Positions 28,934 through 38,712 of a DNA stretch of 64,000 nt are shown here, in pieces. The position numbers and the translations under genes were made by a program. The first letter of the stretch is position 1, and every line of letters starts with the position of its first letter. Source of the stretch: an uncultured Candidatus Saccharibacteria bacterium (GTDB lineage: Bacteria; Patescibacteriota; Minisyncoccia; Phycocordibacterales; UBA9973); NCBI GenBank assembly GCA_964482735.1, contig CAYZYV010000002.1, forward strand, positions 22,061 through 86,060, read 5' to 3'. Below the pieces are notes generated by a model, which ran no database searches, was not told the origin of the DNA, and saw only the letters and a list, made by a program, of their open reading frames with translations.

Positions 28934-29917
28934 TTATTTGAGGGTTATTCCATATTCACCAAGTACTCTTTTGATTTCTTGGATACCCTTATCGCCTATT
29001 CCATCTATTTCAAGCAAATCTTCTTTTTTCTTTCTAGCAATACCACCAACAGTTCTGATATTTGCTCCTGCTAAGGCATTTAGTGTTCTTGTAGAGAGAT
29101 CTAGTGTATCAATTCTTGTTTTTAAAATGTCTGTAATCTCGCTCTCTTCTTTTTCTTTTTCATCTTCTCCGCCTTCAGCTTCAGTATCTCTATTTGAAGA
29201 TACTTCTATTTTTGGTTTTCGAGCTTCTATTTGATGCCCAACAATGGCTTGGAATTGTTCAACCATTATTGTTATTGATTGTTCAAGGGCATCTTTAGGG
29301 GTTATAGTACCATCTGTTTCGATAGTAATTCTCAAACGATTGTGGTTAGTTTTATCTCCAACGCGCATGTCTTCTACATCATAAGAGACTCTTCTGATAG
29401 GAGTAAAAATAGCATCAACAGAAATAACACCAACTTCATTTTTATTCTTTTGGTGTATATCTTTAGGAATAAAACCAAGTCCTTTTTCAACTGTCATTTC
29501 TATAGATAGACTAGTTTTAGCTGTTATTTCAGCAATATATAAATCTTTATTTAAAACTTCAACTTGTCCTTGTACGCTAATATCCCCAGCTGTTACTTTC
29601 TTAGGGCCTTTTACGTCAAGTTTTATCACTTGAGGCTCGTCAGTATTTAGTCGGAATCTTATTTGCTTTAAGTGTAACAGAATGGTAACAACATCTTCCT
29701 TAACTCCATCAATGGTTGAGAATTCATGATCAACTCCATCTATTTTTAGAGAAGTTATTGCAGCTCCAGGCAAAGAAGATAAAATAATCCTTCTCAAGGA
29801 GTTACCTAGAGTGAATCCATATCCAGGATAAAGTCCATCTATTTCGTAAACACCCTTTGTTTCATCTTCTGAAACAATAGTGAATTTTGATGGTAATAAT
29901 ATATTTAAATCAGACAT
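28934..29917 (-). CDS. rpoA: DNA-directed RNA polymerase subunit alpha
   Basis: GFTLGNSLRRIILSSLPGAAI N-terminal domain. The C-terminal domain has an HhH region. 327 aa. Confidence 0.9.
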   Translation of the reverse strand: MSDLNILLPSKFTIVSEDETKGVYEIDGLYPGYGFTLGNSLRRIILSSLPGAAITSLKIDGVDHEFSTIDGVKEDVVTILLHLKQIRFRLNTDEPQVIKLDVKGPKKVTAGDISVQGQVEVLNKDLYIAEITAKTSLSIEMTVEKGLGFIPKDIHQKNKNEVGVISVDAIFTPIRRVSYDVEDMRVGDKTNHNRLRITIETDGTITPKDALEQSITIMVEQFQAIVGHQIEARKPKIEVSSNRDTEAEGGEDEKEKEESEITDILKTRIDTLDLSTRTLNALAGANIRTVGGIARKKKEDLLEIDGIGDKGIQEIKRVLGEYGITLK

Positions 29918-29982
29918 AGTTATATGATGCTAGAGAACAAAAAGTCCTCAAATTATTTATAAAAATTAACCATATGCTATTC

Positions 29983-30591
29983 TTATCGACTATAAAACTC
30001 GAGCACAGTGTTGAGATCAATAAAGCCCTCAGTGTTTTTTGGTTTACCTTGGATTTTACCTGTTAGGCTCTCAACATTAAATGTTAGCCAGTTAGGACAA
30101 TTATAATCTTTTGTTTTGTTAGCCATATCACTAAACAAAACACTCTTTTTGCTACCTTCTCTTATGGATACAACATCACCAATCTTTACTTTGTGAGATG
30201 GAATAGTTGTTTTAACTCCATTTACAACAATGTGTCCATGGGAAACCATCTGACGTGCTAGTCTTCTTGAGTTAGTTAATCCAAATCTGTAAACTACGTT
30301 ATCTAGTCTGTTTTCTAAACTATCATAAAGAGTATCAACTGCGGATGCACCTTTCTTCTCCACTGCTTCTTTTACGTAATTAGAAAATTGTTTTTCGCTC
30401 AATCCATACATGAAGCGAACTTTTTGTTTCTCGATAAATTGTTGAGCGTAACCAGAAAGAGGCTTAGGTCTTTTATTCTTAGCATTTTTAGCGTGGCGAG
30501 CTTCTGATTGTGCAAACTTAGCAGTTTGACATTTTTCAAAAACGCCAGCTCCTAATCTTCTTCCTATTTTATACTTTTTGACTGTTTTCAT
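29983..30591 (-). CDS. rpsD: 30S ribosomal protein S4
   Basis: KIGRRLG and an S4 RNA-binding domain. 202 aa. Confidence 0.9.
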   Translation of the reverse strand: MKTVKKYKIGRRLGAGVFEKCQTAKFAQSEARHAKNAKNKRPKPLSGYAQQFIEKQKVRFMYGLSEKQFSNYVKEAVEKKGASAVDTLYDSLENRLDNVVYRFGLTNSRRLARQMVSHGHIVVNGVKTTIPSHKVKIGDVVSIREGSKKSVLFSDMANKTKDYNCPNWLTFNVESLTGKIQGKPKNTEGFIDLNTVLEFYSR

Positions 30592-30596
30592 ACTTT

Positions 30597-31043
30597 TTAT
30601 ACTCTTCTAGGTTTCTTAGGTTTAGGTCCATTGTGTGGAACAGGTGTCATGTCTTTAATGTCTGTAATTTCAATATCTAAAGCCATGAAAGCACGAATGG
30701 TAGGTTCACGACCGCTACCTACACCTTTAACGACAACGTTTACGTCTTTGATTCCTAAAGCTTTAGCTTTTTCTCCAACGATTGATCCAGCTTTAGAAGC
30801 AGCAAAAGGGGTTCCTTTTTTTGCACCCTTGAATCCAAGAGAACCTGCTGATGTCCAAAACAAAACATTACCTTCTTTATCAGACAAAACAACTTTAGTG
30901 TTATTGAAAGTAGCTTCTACGTTTAAAGTTCCAGAAACTATTTTTTTCTTAGGAGTTCTAGATGAAGCTTTTGGGGTATTTTCACTCACTACTGAATCAT
31001 CTACTTTGTCTTCTTTTTTTGTTACAATTTTTATCTTTCCCAT
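30597..31043 (-). CDS. rpsK: 30S ribosomal protein S11
   Basis: GTLNVEATFNNTKVVLSDKEGNVLFWTSAG core. 148 aa. Confidence 0.9.
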   Translation of the reverse strand: MGKIKIVTKKEDKVDDSVVSENTPKASSRTPKKKIVSGTLNVEATFNNTKVVLSDKEGNVLFWTSAGSLGFKGAKKGTPFAASKAGSIVGEKAKALGIKDVNVVVKGVGSGREPTIRAFMALDIEITDIKDMTPVPHNGPKPKKPRRV

Positions 31044-31077
31044 AGTTACTAAGTTAATAATAAGATTAAATTAAATT

Positions 31078-31458
31078 CTAAGTTTTTTCAGCCTTTCTTC
31101 TACCGCTTCCCATAGTTTTTCTTGCGTTACCTCGAACGGTTCTAGAATTTGTTTTAGTTCTTTGTCCCTTAGTTGGTAATTTGTGCATATGTCTCAACCC
31201 CCTATATGCTTTAACATCTTTCAATCTTTTTATATTAGCAGCAATTTCTCTTTTTAGAGTTCCCTCGATTGTAAGAGATTCTATTATCTTTCTGATTGCA
31301 TTTTCTTCATCTACAGACAATGTATCTGCTTTTCTATCTTTATCAACTCCTGCATCTTTTAATATCTGTCTAGCTCTTGAAATACCGATACCATAAAGGC
31401 ATGTTAGACCAACGTCAAGATGTTTATTATTCGGAATAGTTATACCTAGTATTCTCAT
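31078..31458 (-). CDS. rpsM: 30S ribosomal protein S13
   Basis: MRILGITIPNNKHLDVGLTCLYGIG N-terminus. 126 aa. Confidence 0.9.
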   Translation of the reverse strand: MRILGITIPNNKHLDVGLTCLYGIGISRARQILKDAGVDKDRKADTLSVDEENAIRKIIESLTIEGTLKREIAANIKRLKDVKAYRGLRHMHKLPTKGQRTKTNSRTVRGNARKTMGSGRRKAEKT

Positions 31459-31466
31459 ATCTAAAA

Positions 31467-31577
31467 TTATTGTTTTTGTTTATGTTTAGGGTTAGAACAA
31501 ATAATACGAAGATGACCACTTCGTTTTACCATTTTACAGTCCTTACAAATTTTTTTTACTGCTGCTTTAATTTTCAT
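31467..31577 (-). CDS. rpmJ: 50S ribosomal protein L36
   Basis: Manually translated 36-aa [39 protein letters not shown]. It carries the C-x2-C...C-x4-H zinc ribbon. It is absent from the ORF track because it is under 60 aa. Confidence 0.8.
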   Translation of the reverse strand: MKIKAAVKKICKDCKMVKRSGHLRIICSNPKHKQKQ

Positions 31578-31688
31578 AATTTATTTACAAAAAAATGACA
31601 ACAAATACAAAGGTTTTTAACCCTCTATACTTGTTTGAACATACGACTTTTCATACTACACTATTTTTATAAAATAAGCAAGACCTTA

Positions 31689-31904
31689 TTAGGTTCTTTT
31701 GACTATTCGTCCCTTGCCTCCGTACGGATCTATGAGAACATCAACCCTGTCCCCAACTAAAACCTTAATCCTATTCATTCTCATTCTACCTGATAAATAA
31801 GAAAGAACTGTTTTATCATCACCCAAACTGACCCTAAATAAGGTGTTTGGCAATGCTTCTATCACAGTTCCTGATACTATATTATTTTCGTCTTTTTTAA
31901 TCAT
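31689..31904 (-). CDS. infA: Translation initiation factor IF-1
   Basis: S1-like OB fold with the GRMRMNRIKVLVGDRV motif. 71 aa. Confidence 0.9.
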   Translation of the reverse strand: MIKKDENNIVSGTVIEALPNTLFRVSLGDDKTVLSYLSGRMRMNRIKVLVGDRVDVLIDPYGGKGRIVKRT

Positions 31905-31946
31905 TTAGTTTTAGAAGTATAACAAAAATTACAAAACACGTCAAAC

Positions 31947-33290
31947 TTATTGAATTTTTATATTTATTTTAGAAGGATTATTTGGAATATATTTATTCCA
32001 AGGCGGAAAAATCTTGACTAGAGCCTTATCAATACCCCTGTCTTGTCTAAAAATAGGTAGAACTTCATTTTTAGGAGTTCCAGATAATTTACTTTTCAAG
32101 GTTTCTTTGTCGGGATTCCAAACTACTTCGAGTGTCCCCGTTAAACTGAAATCAAAGTTCTCCATATCCTTAGAAATCTCTTGAGCATTTACAAAACTAA
32201 AATTAAGTTCTTTGATTCCATTTATAATAATTTCTTCCATCTCTTTTTCAGTAACGTCTGGCATCGAAACCCTCGTTATATTTTTAATCAAGGAATCCTC
32301 CTTTATCAATACAGCAGAAAGTATTCCTTCTATAGGAACTTTAGCTTCTGCGGTTTCTGATAAAATTCCACTGTCTATCTTGTAATTAAAGTTAATCGAA
32401 CCAGGATACAATATATAACCAGAAGGCAAGAGAGCTTTTATCTTAGAAAATAGTTCATTTTTAAAAGATGATTCTGCTATTTGTTTCAATTTTACGACAT
32501 CTTCTTCGCTGACATAATAGACCATTCCTTGCAATCCTCCTTTTAATTCCTGGTCTAATTTTCCGTAAATTTTACTATACTTAGTTGTTCCTTTAAAAGA
32601 ATTTATAAAGAATTTCTCAGGTGCCCCATTATAGTTTTCTCCAGCCAAGAATGATGTGACACCAACCTTAACCTGCCCAGGTATTTTTTTCTGTTTATCT
32701 ATTTTATAACCAGGAATTACTACTGAGCTGTCCAATCTGTATGTTTTACCTTCTTGATCACTTATATATGTCCCCTTCGATAATTTTTCTGGTTTAGTAC
32801 TAAATTCATTGTATAGAATAATAGAACCTGTGGCCTTAGAAGAAACCTCTTTACTCTCTGTCAAAATATAATCTTTCTGTTTTTTCTCTGATTCTATCAT
32901 TATCTCAAAATCAACAGAGTTCTTATCTAATTTTCTATTAGCCATAAAAACTTTTGACTTGTAATCAATAGTTTGATGCTTTGCAGTGATGGTTACATAA
33001 GCACTACTAAATAGAACTCCAAACCAATAAATTAGTCCAAGAATAAGAGATAGGAAAAATAGAATTTTTAAAAAACCACAAACTGGTTTTCGAGAATGTT
33101 CTCTGGGTGTAATGCTAATCCTTCTTCTGCTTCTAGGTGGCTTTGTCTTGGAAATGGAAACTCCTTCTTTTTTTACAGAATCAGGAATGGCAAAACCGAC
33201 AGTTTCTTCTTTTAGAGTCTGTGCTTTGGGGGTTGTTTTTTGGATAGGAGATTTTTTAATTTTAATGTCCTCTATTAAAATCTTTTTCAT
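31947..33290 (-). CDS. Hypothetical bitopic membrane protein (short cytoplasmic N-terminus, one TM, ~360-aa extracytoplasmic domain)
   Basis: 447 aa with a single TM (ILFFLSLILGLIYWFGVLF). It overlaps the upstream ASKHA ATPase gene by 4 nt. Confidence 0.4.
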   Translation of the reverse strand: MKKILIEDIKIKKSPIQKTTPKAQTLKEETVGFAIPDSVKKEGVSISKTKPPRSRRRISITPREHSRKPVCGFLKILFFLSLILGLIYWFGVLFSSAYVTITAKHQTIDYKSKVFMANRKLDKNSVDFEIMIESEKKQKDYILTESKEVSSKATGSIILYNEFSTKPEKLSKGTYISDQEGKTYRLDSSVVIPGYKIDKQKKIPGQVKVGVTSFLAGENYNGAPEKFFINSFKGTTKYSKIYGKLDQELKGGLQGMVYYVSEEDVVKLKQIAESSFKNELFSKIKALLPSGYILYPGSINFNYKIDSGILSETAEAKVPIEGILSAVLIKEDSLIKNITRVSMPDVTEKEMEEIIINGIKELNFSFVNAQEISKDMENFDFSLTGTLEVVWNPDKETLKSKLSGTPKNEVLPIFRQDRGIDKALVKIFPPWNKYIPNNPSKINIKIQ

Positions 33291-34462
33291 TTTAATTTTT
33301 TAGATAAAGCAACGGCTTCTATCATTATAAAAGGATCATTACAACCTTCTTTTAAATCACACTTGTCTATCATTTCTTCGGTGTCTAAAATAATTGTTTC
33401 AAACTTTTTGCCAAGGGTGATGTTGTTAGAAAACTCGGTTTTTTTGAAAACTTCAAAAAACCACTTTCTCATATCATTATCAATTGTTAAAAACATAACA
33501 CTTGGGAGATTATGGTATTTTGGAATTTTGGTTAAACATTTTTTAAGTTCTTCACTCCAGTATCTTTCGGCTGATTCAAAATGTTTTCTGAATTTTTCTT
33601 GATGATCTAATGTTAGGTTTTTTTGGTAATATAATTTAAAAAGTTCATAAGCATCTCTTTCTTCTATCTTTAATTCGGTTGCTATTTTTTTAAGCAATGT
33701 CTTTTTACCGAACGGAAAAGAGAATTTTTCAGCAAAAATTCCATTGTTAACTACACTTAAATCAGTGGTTTTTCCAGCAATATCTAAAATAAGGTGTGAT
33801 CCGCACCCTGGATAATTATCTCTAATCATTAAGTAAGTTAGTATAGAAAATGCAGAAACAGAAACAGTTGAATTGTGAAATACATCGGTAAGGACTTCTT
33901 TTGCTTTATTTATAAAATCTTTATCAGCAAACGAGTACGACAAGCTTAGATCTAGGAATTGGCATTTTTCTCCAACTGGATTTTCCAAAGGTTTGTCATC
34001 TAGGCTCACTTCTGTAACTAATTTTTCGATGATTTCTTTTTCACTCAAATATCTTTCTTTTAGACTGTTAGAGATAACATATATTTCTTTTTTAAGTAAT
34101 TCATCTAAAATCTTTTTTGTTACCTTAAAAGGAATCTTTTTGCTAAAGTTAATCTTCTTTGTTTCTGAATGACACCATGGAGTCGTAATGACACAGATTA
34201 CTTCATCTAGTTTACCTATCTTTTTATTAAAAAGTTCAAGTGCTGTTCTCTTTAGTGTGTTAATAGCTTCTTTACCGAATTCTTTTTCACTGCCACCTTT
34301 TATATCTCTCATTTCCAGTCTAACAGAATCTAAAACCACAGGAATATCATCTTCTTTGTCCCATTTTAATAAGACACGACTACCACACACACTAGTAGAA
34401 CCAACATCAAAAATGGCAATGATTCTATCTTTTTCTTTTTTAGTTTTGAAAAATATTCCCAT
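33287..34462 (-). CDS. Actin-like (ASKHA) ATPase, PilM/FtsA-like
   Basis: Phosphate-1 motif IAIFDVGSTSV. Phosphate-2 motif LILDIAGKTTDLSVV. 391 aa. Confidence 0.45.
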   Translation of the reverse strand: MGIFFKTKKEKDRIIAIFDVGSTSVCGSRVLLKWDKEDDIPVVLDSVRLEMRDIKGGSEKEFGKEAINTLKRTALELFNKKIGKLDEVICVITTPWCHSETKKINFSKKIPFKVTKKILDELLKKEIYVISNSLKERYLSEKEIIEKLVTEVSLDDKPLENPVGEKCQFLDLSLSYSFADKDFINKAKEVLTDVFHNSTVSVSAFSILTYLMIRDNYPGCGSHLILDIAGKTTDLSVVNNGIFAEKFSFPFGKKTLLKKIATELKIEERDAYELFKLYYQKNLTLDHQEKFRKHFESAERYWSEELKKCLTKIPKYHNLPSVMFLTIDNDMRKWFFEVFKKTEFSNNITLGKKFETIILDTEEMIDKCDLKEGCNDPFIMIEAVALSKKLK

Positions 34463-34504
34463 ACGGAGATATTATACTACATATTTAATAAAAATATTAA
34501 TATC

Positions 34505-36247
34505 TTACTCGATATTTGCTTTTATTCTTCTTATACCTGAAGCTACGGCTTCTTCTTTTAAGATTTTAAAATGTCCTAGCGATGAGATGTCTTCTACGTG
34601 TGGTCCTCCACAAAATTCTTTAGAGTAGATTCTCCCATTTTCGTCTTGAGCAAAATAAACAGATACAACCTCTGGATATTTAGCTCCAAATTCCATTTCC
34701 GCTCCTATTTTAACTGCTTCTTCTAGCGGCATCTCCCTCCTTACCATTTTAAGATTCAAATTTATTTTTTCATTTACCCAATCTTCTACTTTTTGTTTTT
34801 CTTCTTCTGTAAGCTTTCTATCAAAATTAAAATCAAGACGTAGTCTCTCTTCGGTAATATTACTACCTTTTTGTTTGATATCTTGGCTTATTAGATTTTG
34901 CAAAGCTGCTAATAATAAATGATGGGCAGTGTGTAATTTTGTTGTTCTTTCACTGTGATTAGCTAACCCACCTTTGAACATTTGGGTACTTGATTCTCTT
35001 GAAAGATCTTGATGTTCTTTTAATTTTAAATCAAACTGATTTCTGTCTATAGTTAGACATTTTTCTTTTGCTATTTCTTCGGTAAGTTCTATAGGAAAAC
35101 CGTATGTGGTAAATAAAATAAATGGATCTGTGCCTTTTTCAAATTCTTTCAATCCTTTTTCTAGTGTTTTACGGAATTTATTTTCTTCTTTTAATATCTC
35201 GTTTTTAATAAGATCTTTGTTGTTTTTAAGTTCAGTATAAAAATCACCATAATTATTACTAATCAAATCAGATATTTGAGTTAAATCTATATTGAGCTTA
35301 ATTTGATCCTTAAATCTTATGACTCTTCTTAAAATCCTTCTTAAAACATAACCTCTACCACTATTGCTAGGCATAACTCCATCACCTATCATAAAGACAG
35401 CAGATCTCATGTGGTCTGAGATTATTCTTATCACTCGTTCATCTTTTATTTCTGAGTTTTCTTTTATTAAAGAAATAATATTTGTAAATAGATCTGTATC
35501 AAAAACAGTTTTACCGCTTTGTGAGACCATGCAAATTCTCTCTAATCCCATTCCAGTATCGACATTATGCTGTGCTAATTTACCAATAACAACTCCATCT
35601 TTCTTCTCATATTGCATGAAAACATTATTCCATATTTCAATCACCTTACCTTTATTATCAGCTTCTACAAACTCATCGTGCGATAAATTTCCAATTGGCT
35701 CTTCGTTCGTATCATAAAAAATTTCAGTATCAGGTCCACAAGGTCCATTGTCTCCGGCACTCCACCAATTATTTTTTGCTGGAAGATAGTAAATTCTATC
35801 TTTAGGCAAATATTTTTGCCATATAAGAGCTGCTTCTTCGTCTCTCGGAGCATTTTCATCGCCAGCAAAGACTGTCACATAAAGTCGATTTTTGTCTAAA
35901 CCAAGTCCCTCATCTTTATTAGTTAAAAATTCAAAACTCCACTTGATAGCTTCTTCTTTGAAGTAATCTCCGAGAGACCAGTTACCTAGCATTTCAAAAA
36001 AGGTAAGATGTCGATTGTCCCCAACATCTTCAATATCTCCTGTTCTGACGCATTTTTGAACATCAGCAATTCTATTTCCCATTGGATGTTTTTGTCCTAA
36101 TAGATAAGGGACAAGAGGTTGCATTCCAGCAGTGTTAAAAAGCACAGAAGGATCATTTTCTGGTATTAAAGAAGCAGAAGGTATTATTTTGTGGTTTCGG
36201 TTCTTGAAAAAATCAAGAAAACGATTTCTGATATCTATTGAATTCAT
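34505..36247 (-). CDS. alaS: Alanyl-tRNA synthetase, compact form (catalytic + editing, no C-Ala domain)
   Basis: Class II N-terminus FNTAGMQP. Editing-site HTAHHLL and CGGPH motifs. Only 580 aa. Confidence 0.85.
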   Translation of the reverse strand: MNSIDIRNRFLDFFKNRNHKIIPSASLIPENDPSVLFNTAGMQPLVPYLLGQKHPMGNRIADVQKCVRTGDIEDVGDNRHLTFFEMLGNWSLGDYFKEEAIKWSFEFLTNKDEGLGLDKNRLYVTVFAGDENAPRDEEAALIWQKYLPKDRIYYLPAKNNWWSAGDNGPCGPDTEIFYDTNEEPIGNLSHDEFVEADNKGKVIEIWNNVFMQYEKKDGVVIGKLAQHNVDTGMGLERICMVSQSGKTVFDTDLFTNIISLIKENSEIKDERVIRIISDHMRSAVFMIGDGVMPSNSGRGYVLRRILRRVIRFKDQIKLNIDLTQISDLISNNYGDFYTELKNNKDLIKNEILKEENKFRKTLEKGLKEFEKGTDPFILFTTYGFPIELTEEIAKEKCLTIDRNQFDLKLKEHQDLSRESSTQMFKGGLANHSERTTKLHTAHHLLLAALQNLISQDIKQKGSNITEERLRLDFNFDRKLTEEEKQKVEDWVNEKINLNLKMVRREMPLEEAVKIGAEMEFGAKYPEVVSVYFAQDENGRIYSKEFCGGPHVEDISSLGHFKILKEEAVASGIRRIKANIE

Positions 36248-36254
36248 AAAATTT

Positions 36255-36740
36255 TTAGTTAATATCAGGTTCTATAGAATTCTCTTGATATTTTTTAGAT
36301 TTTTTAATAGCTGTTTCTACAAACCAAAGAGCGATAAAAATAAATAAAGTCAGAATAGTTGCGATGATTGCAAGTTTAAATAGACCAAAGCCGACGGCCA
36401 TACCGATACCTGCTGATACCCAAAGACTAGTTGCTGTGGTTATACCTGTTTGTATAGTATCTCTCGAAAAAATAACACCAGTACCAATAAAACCAATACC
36501 GGTAATTATTTGAGAAGCTATTCTCAATGGGTCTACACTTCCAAAACTTGAATAATAATTAGCTATTGTTTGGGAAATTATTATAAAAAGAGCAGAACCC
36601 ATAGATACAAGAGCAAATGTTCGCATCCCGGCTGTTTTCTTAGCCCAAACCCGTTCTACTCCAATAATAACACCTAGTATTAAAGCTACTGATAATTTAA
36701 TAATCATATCTCCTGTGGCTACATTTAATATATTTTCCAT
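36255..36740 (-). CDS. MgtC/SapB family membrane protein
   Basis: LGVIIGVERVWAKKTAGMRTFALVSMGSALF signature of the MgtC family. 161 aa. Confidence 0.7.
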   Translation of the reverse strand: MENILNVATGDMIIKLSVALILGVIIGVERVWAKKTAGMRTFALVSMGSALFIIISQTIANYYSSFGSVDPLRIASQIITGIGFIGTGVIFSRDTIQTGITTATSLWVSAGIGMAVGFGLFKLAIIATILTLFIFIALWFVETAIKKSKKYQENSIEPDIN

Positions 36741-36763
36741 ACATAACTATTATATCAAATTTT

Positions 36764-37852
36764 TTAATCAGCGACACCACCCCCTAGGCAAATATCATTT
36801 TCATATAAAACCAACGACTGTCCTGCATCAATTTTTAATTCATTTTTAAAAGTAACAAGTGCATTATGGTCATCAACATTTTTAACGTAACAATCGACTA
36901 ATTCTCCATGATATCTTATTTGTGCCTGGTATTTTTTCTTCTCGTCTGGTTTATATGATATCCAGTTAGTATTACTTATGTTTATCATAATCAGTCCTTT
37001 TTCTTTACCTGAAAAAACAGGAGATTTCTCAGACACTGTGATGGTATTTGCAGAAATGTTTTTAGATACAACATATAAAGGTTTAGAAGCCTTACACTCT
37101 TTTTTAATTGTAAAACCATGTCTTTCACCTATCGTAAAAAAGACAGCTCCATCGTGAGTTCCTATTGCTTCCCCTTTTTCATTTAAAATATCACCTTGCT
37201 TGGTTTGTATGTAGTGTTGCAGAAAAACTTTCATATCTAATGGACCCAAAAAACATACACCCTGACTATCTTTCTTTTCGGCGTTTGGTAACTTATACTT
37301 TTTAGCCAGAGTTCTTACTTCCTTCTTTTTTAAATCACCTAATGGAAATAAGGCATGTTCCAAATCTTCTTGTTTTAAAGTCCACAAAAAATAAACCTGA
37401 TCTTTCCCTTCGTCTTTATTCTTTTTTAATAGATATTTATTATCTTTTATTTCCTTTTTTACATAATGTCCTGTTGCGATAAAATCTGCACCTTTTTGTT
37501 TGGCAAAATTCCAAAAGACTCCAAATTTAACCTCACGGTTACACATTACATCTGGATTTGGAGTTCTCCCGTTTTTGTACTCATCTATCATATAGTTCGC
37601 AACACCTTTCTCGTATTCTTTTTCAGCATTACACTCTAAAAAAGGAATTTCTAGATAAGCACAGACTCTCATCGCATCTCTCCTCTCATCTCGCCATGTA
37701 CAATTAATAAAATCAGGAGCCCATGTTCGGATAAAAACACCAACTACGTTGTAACCCTGTTGTTTTAGTATCAAAGCGGCTACGGCACTATCTACACCAC
37801 CGGAAACTCCGACAAAAACTGTTTTGTTTTTTACTTTTGTTTTTTTGACCAT
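36764..37852 (-). CDS. mnmA: tRNA-specific 2-thiouridylase MnmA
   Basis: PP-loop VGVSGGVDSAV and catalytic Cys residues. The longest ORF extends to 37870. Confidence 0.85.
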   Translation of the reverse strand: MVKKTKVKNKTVFVGVSGGVDSAVAALILKQQGYNVVGVFIRTWAPDFINCTWRDERRDAMRVCAYLEIPFLECNAEKEYEKGVANYMIDEYKNGRTPNPDVMCNREVKFGVFWNFAKQKGADFIATGHYVKKEIKDNKYLLKKNKDEGKDQVYFLWTLKQEDLEHALFPLGDLKKKEVRTLAKKYKLPNAEKKDSQGVCFLGPLDMKVFLQHYIQTKQGDILNEKGEAIGTHDGAVFFTIGERHGFTIKKECKASKPLYVVSKNISANTITVSEKSPVFSGKEKGLIMINISNTNWISYKPDEKKKYQAQIRYHGELVDCYVKNVDDHNALVTFKNELKIDAGQSLVLYENDICLGGGVAD

Positions 37853-38709
37853 CTTGCAAATATACCACAAGGCAATAAAATATCACTATTTTTCTGTTTA
37901 ATAACTATTTCTCCTCCTTCAATTAACCCATCTTTACCAGAAAAGATTTTTTGTAAATTATTTTGATAAACGATATTGGAATACCCAGCTGTATAACCAT
38001 TAATTAGGAAAAAGATGGGGTTGTCTGATAATAATTGTTTACATAAGTCTAATAATTCTAAAAACCCTTCTTCTATTTTCCATAATTCATCTTTTGGCCC
38101 ATGTCCAAAAGATGGAGGGTCCATAATTATAGCATCGTATCTATTCCCTCTTTTAATTTCTCTTTTAAGAAACAATATAGCATCGTCTATGATCCAACGT
38201 ATTTTTGAATTTTCTAAACCAGATAACTTCGCATTTTCTCGAGCCCATGCAACTGAATTTTTAGAAGCGTCTACGTGACAAACAGAAGCTCCAGCTCTAG
38301 CACACACCATAGAGGCACCTCCAGTGTAAGCAAAAAGGTTTAATACATTTATCTCGTTACGATTTTTCTTCTCTTTTTTTATTATTTCTTCCATCCAAGA
38401 CCAATTAACAACCTGTTCTGGAAATAGTCCGACATGTTTAAATGAAGTGGGTCTTAAGCTAAATATCAAATCAAAATATTTGATATTCCAATTTTTAGGA
38501 GAACCTTGTTTTATCTTCCAAGTACCAGTTTTACCGCTTCTTTCATAATAAAAATCAGAATTTATCCAATCCTTTGTTTCTAAACTCTTTGTCCAAAGAC
38601 TTTCTTTATCTGGTCTTGCTAATAAAAATTTTCCAAATCTTTCTAATTTCTCTCCAAGCCCTGAATCTATTAATTCATACTCTTTTTGTTCTGGTGTAAC
38701 GATTAACAT
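37831..38709 (-). CDS. Class I SAM-dependent rRNA methyltransferase (RlmI/RlmK-like)
   Basis: SAM motif LNLFAYTGGASM, catalytic IMDPPSF, and VDAS..AWAREN. Confidence 0.65.
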   Translation of the reverse strand: MLIVTPEQKEYELIDSGLGEKLERFGKFLLARPDKESLWTKSLETKDWINSDFYYERSGKTGTWKIKQGSPKNWNIKYFDLIFSLRPTSFKHVGLFPEQVVNWSWMEEIIKKEKKNRNEINVLNLFAYTGGASMVCARAGASVCHVDASKNSVAWARENAKLSGLENSKIRWIIDDAILFLKREIKRGNRYDAIIMDPPSFGHGPKDELWKIEEGFLELLDLCKQLLSDNPIFFLINGYTAGYSNIVYQNNLQKIFSGKDGLIEGGEIVIKQKNSDILLPCGIFARWSKKQK

Positions 38710-38712
38710 GTT

